Part shown: in pieces, positions 60,798 to 62,107 of the stretch
How positions within the stretch are numbered: the stretch's first letter is position 1
Layout of the letters: every line of letters starts with the position of its first letter
Source of the DNA: Bacteroidota bacterium
GTDB lineage: Bacteria > Bacteroidota > Bacteroidia > JABEUT01
Assembly: GCA_013289165.1 (NCBI GenBank)
Contig: JABDAL010000006.1
Coordinates: 171 to 62,277 of the forward strand
Length of the DNA: 62,107 nt
Direction of reading: 5' to 3'
Translations under genes and position numbers: made by a program
The notes under the pieces: model-generated
Seen by the model: the letters and a program-made list of their open reading frames with translations, nothing else
The model's database searches: none
Told to the model about the DNA's origin: nothing

Positions 60798-61005
60798 AGG
60801 GTGATATTTATTACTAATTCAAACCATTCAGCATGATATTGTACAACAAATGTACAGGGTGCACCAATGGTAAATAGTTAAGGAGTGTTAACGATAGTAA
60901 TTAGATTCTTAAAAAGGAGGAATTAATTTTGTATGCAACCCCTATAGGTTTGGGGCTAACAAGGAGTTATTCTGCTAATTTTGCAGATATAAAGGCATAA
61001 AACCG

Positions 61006-61662
61006 ATGTCAATCGCACCTACTCTTAGAAATTCAACCCATGAGGTTTGGATTACCCTATTGTTGCTTTTTTGTGCGGGATTGTTTGTGGTAGTAAGAAG
61101 TACTAATCCTAAAAAACTGCCTTCCCTGGTATCCGGTTTTTTTCGTGGTAATTCAATTGAGGAAAAGACACTTACTCCCGATTCAATTGCCCTATTTTTT
61201 ATATTTATCTGTACTGTTTCCCTGCTTGCTATGCAAACCTTGCAGTTTCATAGTATCAAAATGCGATTTAAGGGGCTGGATGAATTTGCGTTTTTGGGTG
61301 CCTTACTACTCGCATACTACCTGGCTAAAACTATTGCTTTGTTTTTATGTGGAGCTGTTTTCAGGGTTCAAACAGATGTAAGAGGCTATATTAATGAAAT
61401 ATATGCCTCTGCGCATCTTGCCAGTATGGCCTTATTACCAATAGCCATGGTTATTTATTTTGTCGGAAATATCAATGAGAACATAGTTGAGAAGAGCATG
61501 CTTGCCCTGGTTATCATATTTTTTCTTTACCGGACTGTAAAAATGTTTATTCTTATGACAAACAGGGGTTTAAACATGGTGTATTTATTTTTGTATCTTT
61601 GCGTGCTTGAAATTGTTCCATTGGTGCTGTTATTTGAATGGAGTAAGAATTATAATTTATAG
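61006..61662 (+). CDS. DUF4271-like membrane protein
   Basis: Multiple TM helices and C-terminal YLFLYLCVLEIVP. Lies upstream of hemD. Confidence 0.8.
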   Translation: MSIAPTLRNSTHEVWITLLLLFCAGLFVVVRSTNPKKLPSLVSGFFRGNSIEEKTLTPDSIALFFIFICTVSLLAMQTLQFHSIKMRFKGLDEFAFLGALLLAYYLAKTIALFLCGAVFRVQTDVRGYINEIYASAHLASMALLPIAMVIYFVGNINENIVEKSMLALVIIFFLYRTVKMFILMTNRGLNMVYLFLYLCVLEIVPLVLLFEWSKNYNL

Positions 61663-61703
61663 CCTTAGGTAAGAAAAATTATGACAGAAAGAATACACTG
61701 TTA

Positions 61704-62107
61704 ATGAAAATAAAGAAAATACTTATCTCCCAACCTAAGCCGGAACTTGAACGCTCCCCTTATTTTGAAATAGCTAAAAGTCATGGTGTTGAAATTGACT
61801 TTAGGCCTTTTGTGCAGGTGGAAGGAATACCCGCAAAAGAATTTCGCAAACACCGCATAGATATTCTATCTTATACGGCTATTATAATGACCAGCAAAAA
61901 TGCGGTAGATCATTTCTTCCGTATATGTACAGAGATGCGGGTTATTGTACCGGAAACCATGAAGTATTTCTGTATCTCGGAGACCACTGCCTATTATCTT
62001 CAAAAATATATTCAATTCAGGAAAAGGAAAATATTTTTCAGTAATCATTCTTATGCTGATTTGGTAGAACTTATGCGGAAAAAGCATAAAGATGATAAGT
62101 ATCTTTT
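61704..62107 (+). CDS. hemD: Uroporphyrinogen-III synthase (partial, runs off the window)
   Basis: MKIKKILISQPKPE..SPY, IDFRPFVQVEG, TSKNAVDHFFR, MKYFC.SE..AYYLQKYI..RKRKI. Confidence 0.9.
   Translation, partial: MKIKKILISQPKPELERSPYFEIAKSHGVEIDFRPFVQVEGIPAKEFRKHRIDILSYTAIIMTSKNAVDHFFRICTEMRVIVPETMKYFCISETTAYYLQKYIQFRKRKIFFSNHSYADLVELMRKKHKDDKYL

Noticed and set aside
60870-60912. GTTAA direct repeats 10 nt apart upstream of the beta-barrel gene
   Set aside because: Too short and AT-rich to distinguish from chance without comparative data.

Overview
Chromosomal window from a Bacteroidota bacterium. Evidence for the phylum: TAnnTTTG '-7' promoters, TonB-dependent receptors, a T9SS C-terminal domain and a Bacteroidota-type 16S. 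The lineage may be poorly characterised or uncultured (inference). Most of the window is housekeeping: queA, ispD, rlmN, recA, pdxJ, queG, hemB, recG, meaB, dprA, cysS, carB, apaG, rsmG, partial hemD, and one complete rRNA operon (16S-tRNA-Ile-tRNA-Ala-23S-5S). I found no CRISPR array, integrase or transposase. The most interesting signals are not in the ORF track. (1) An apparent intragenic inversion breakpoint near nt 105-115, where the start of an ABC ATPase (-) meets head-on the N-terminal part of an ABC-2 permease (+). (2) A ~350-bp non-coding block (45999-46350) with seven TATGTCACGGT-like boxes in both orientations plus extra palindromes, next to a truncated dinB-family gene. (3) An unannotated 29-aa histone-H1-like Lys/Ala microprotein gene with its own terminator. 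(4) Two promoters with identical architecture (three 21-bp-periodic repeats 28 nt from TAGTTTTG), suggesting a LytTR regulon. (5) Two identical TGTCCGG-N16-CGTCAT ECF42-type promoters. (6) An orphan PD-(D/E)XK-like nuclease. (7) Short-period repeats and a hairpin in the rrn spacers, and a gene-fragment mosaic after the rrn operon. All product calls come from motif recognition by eye, not from database searches.
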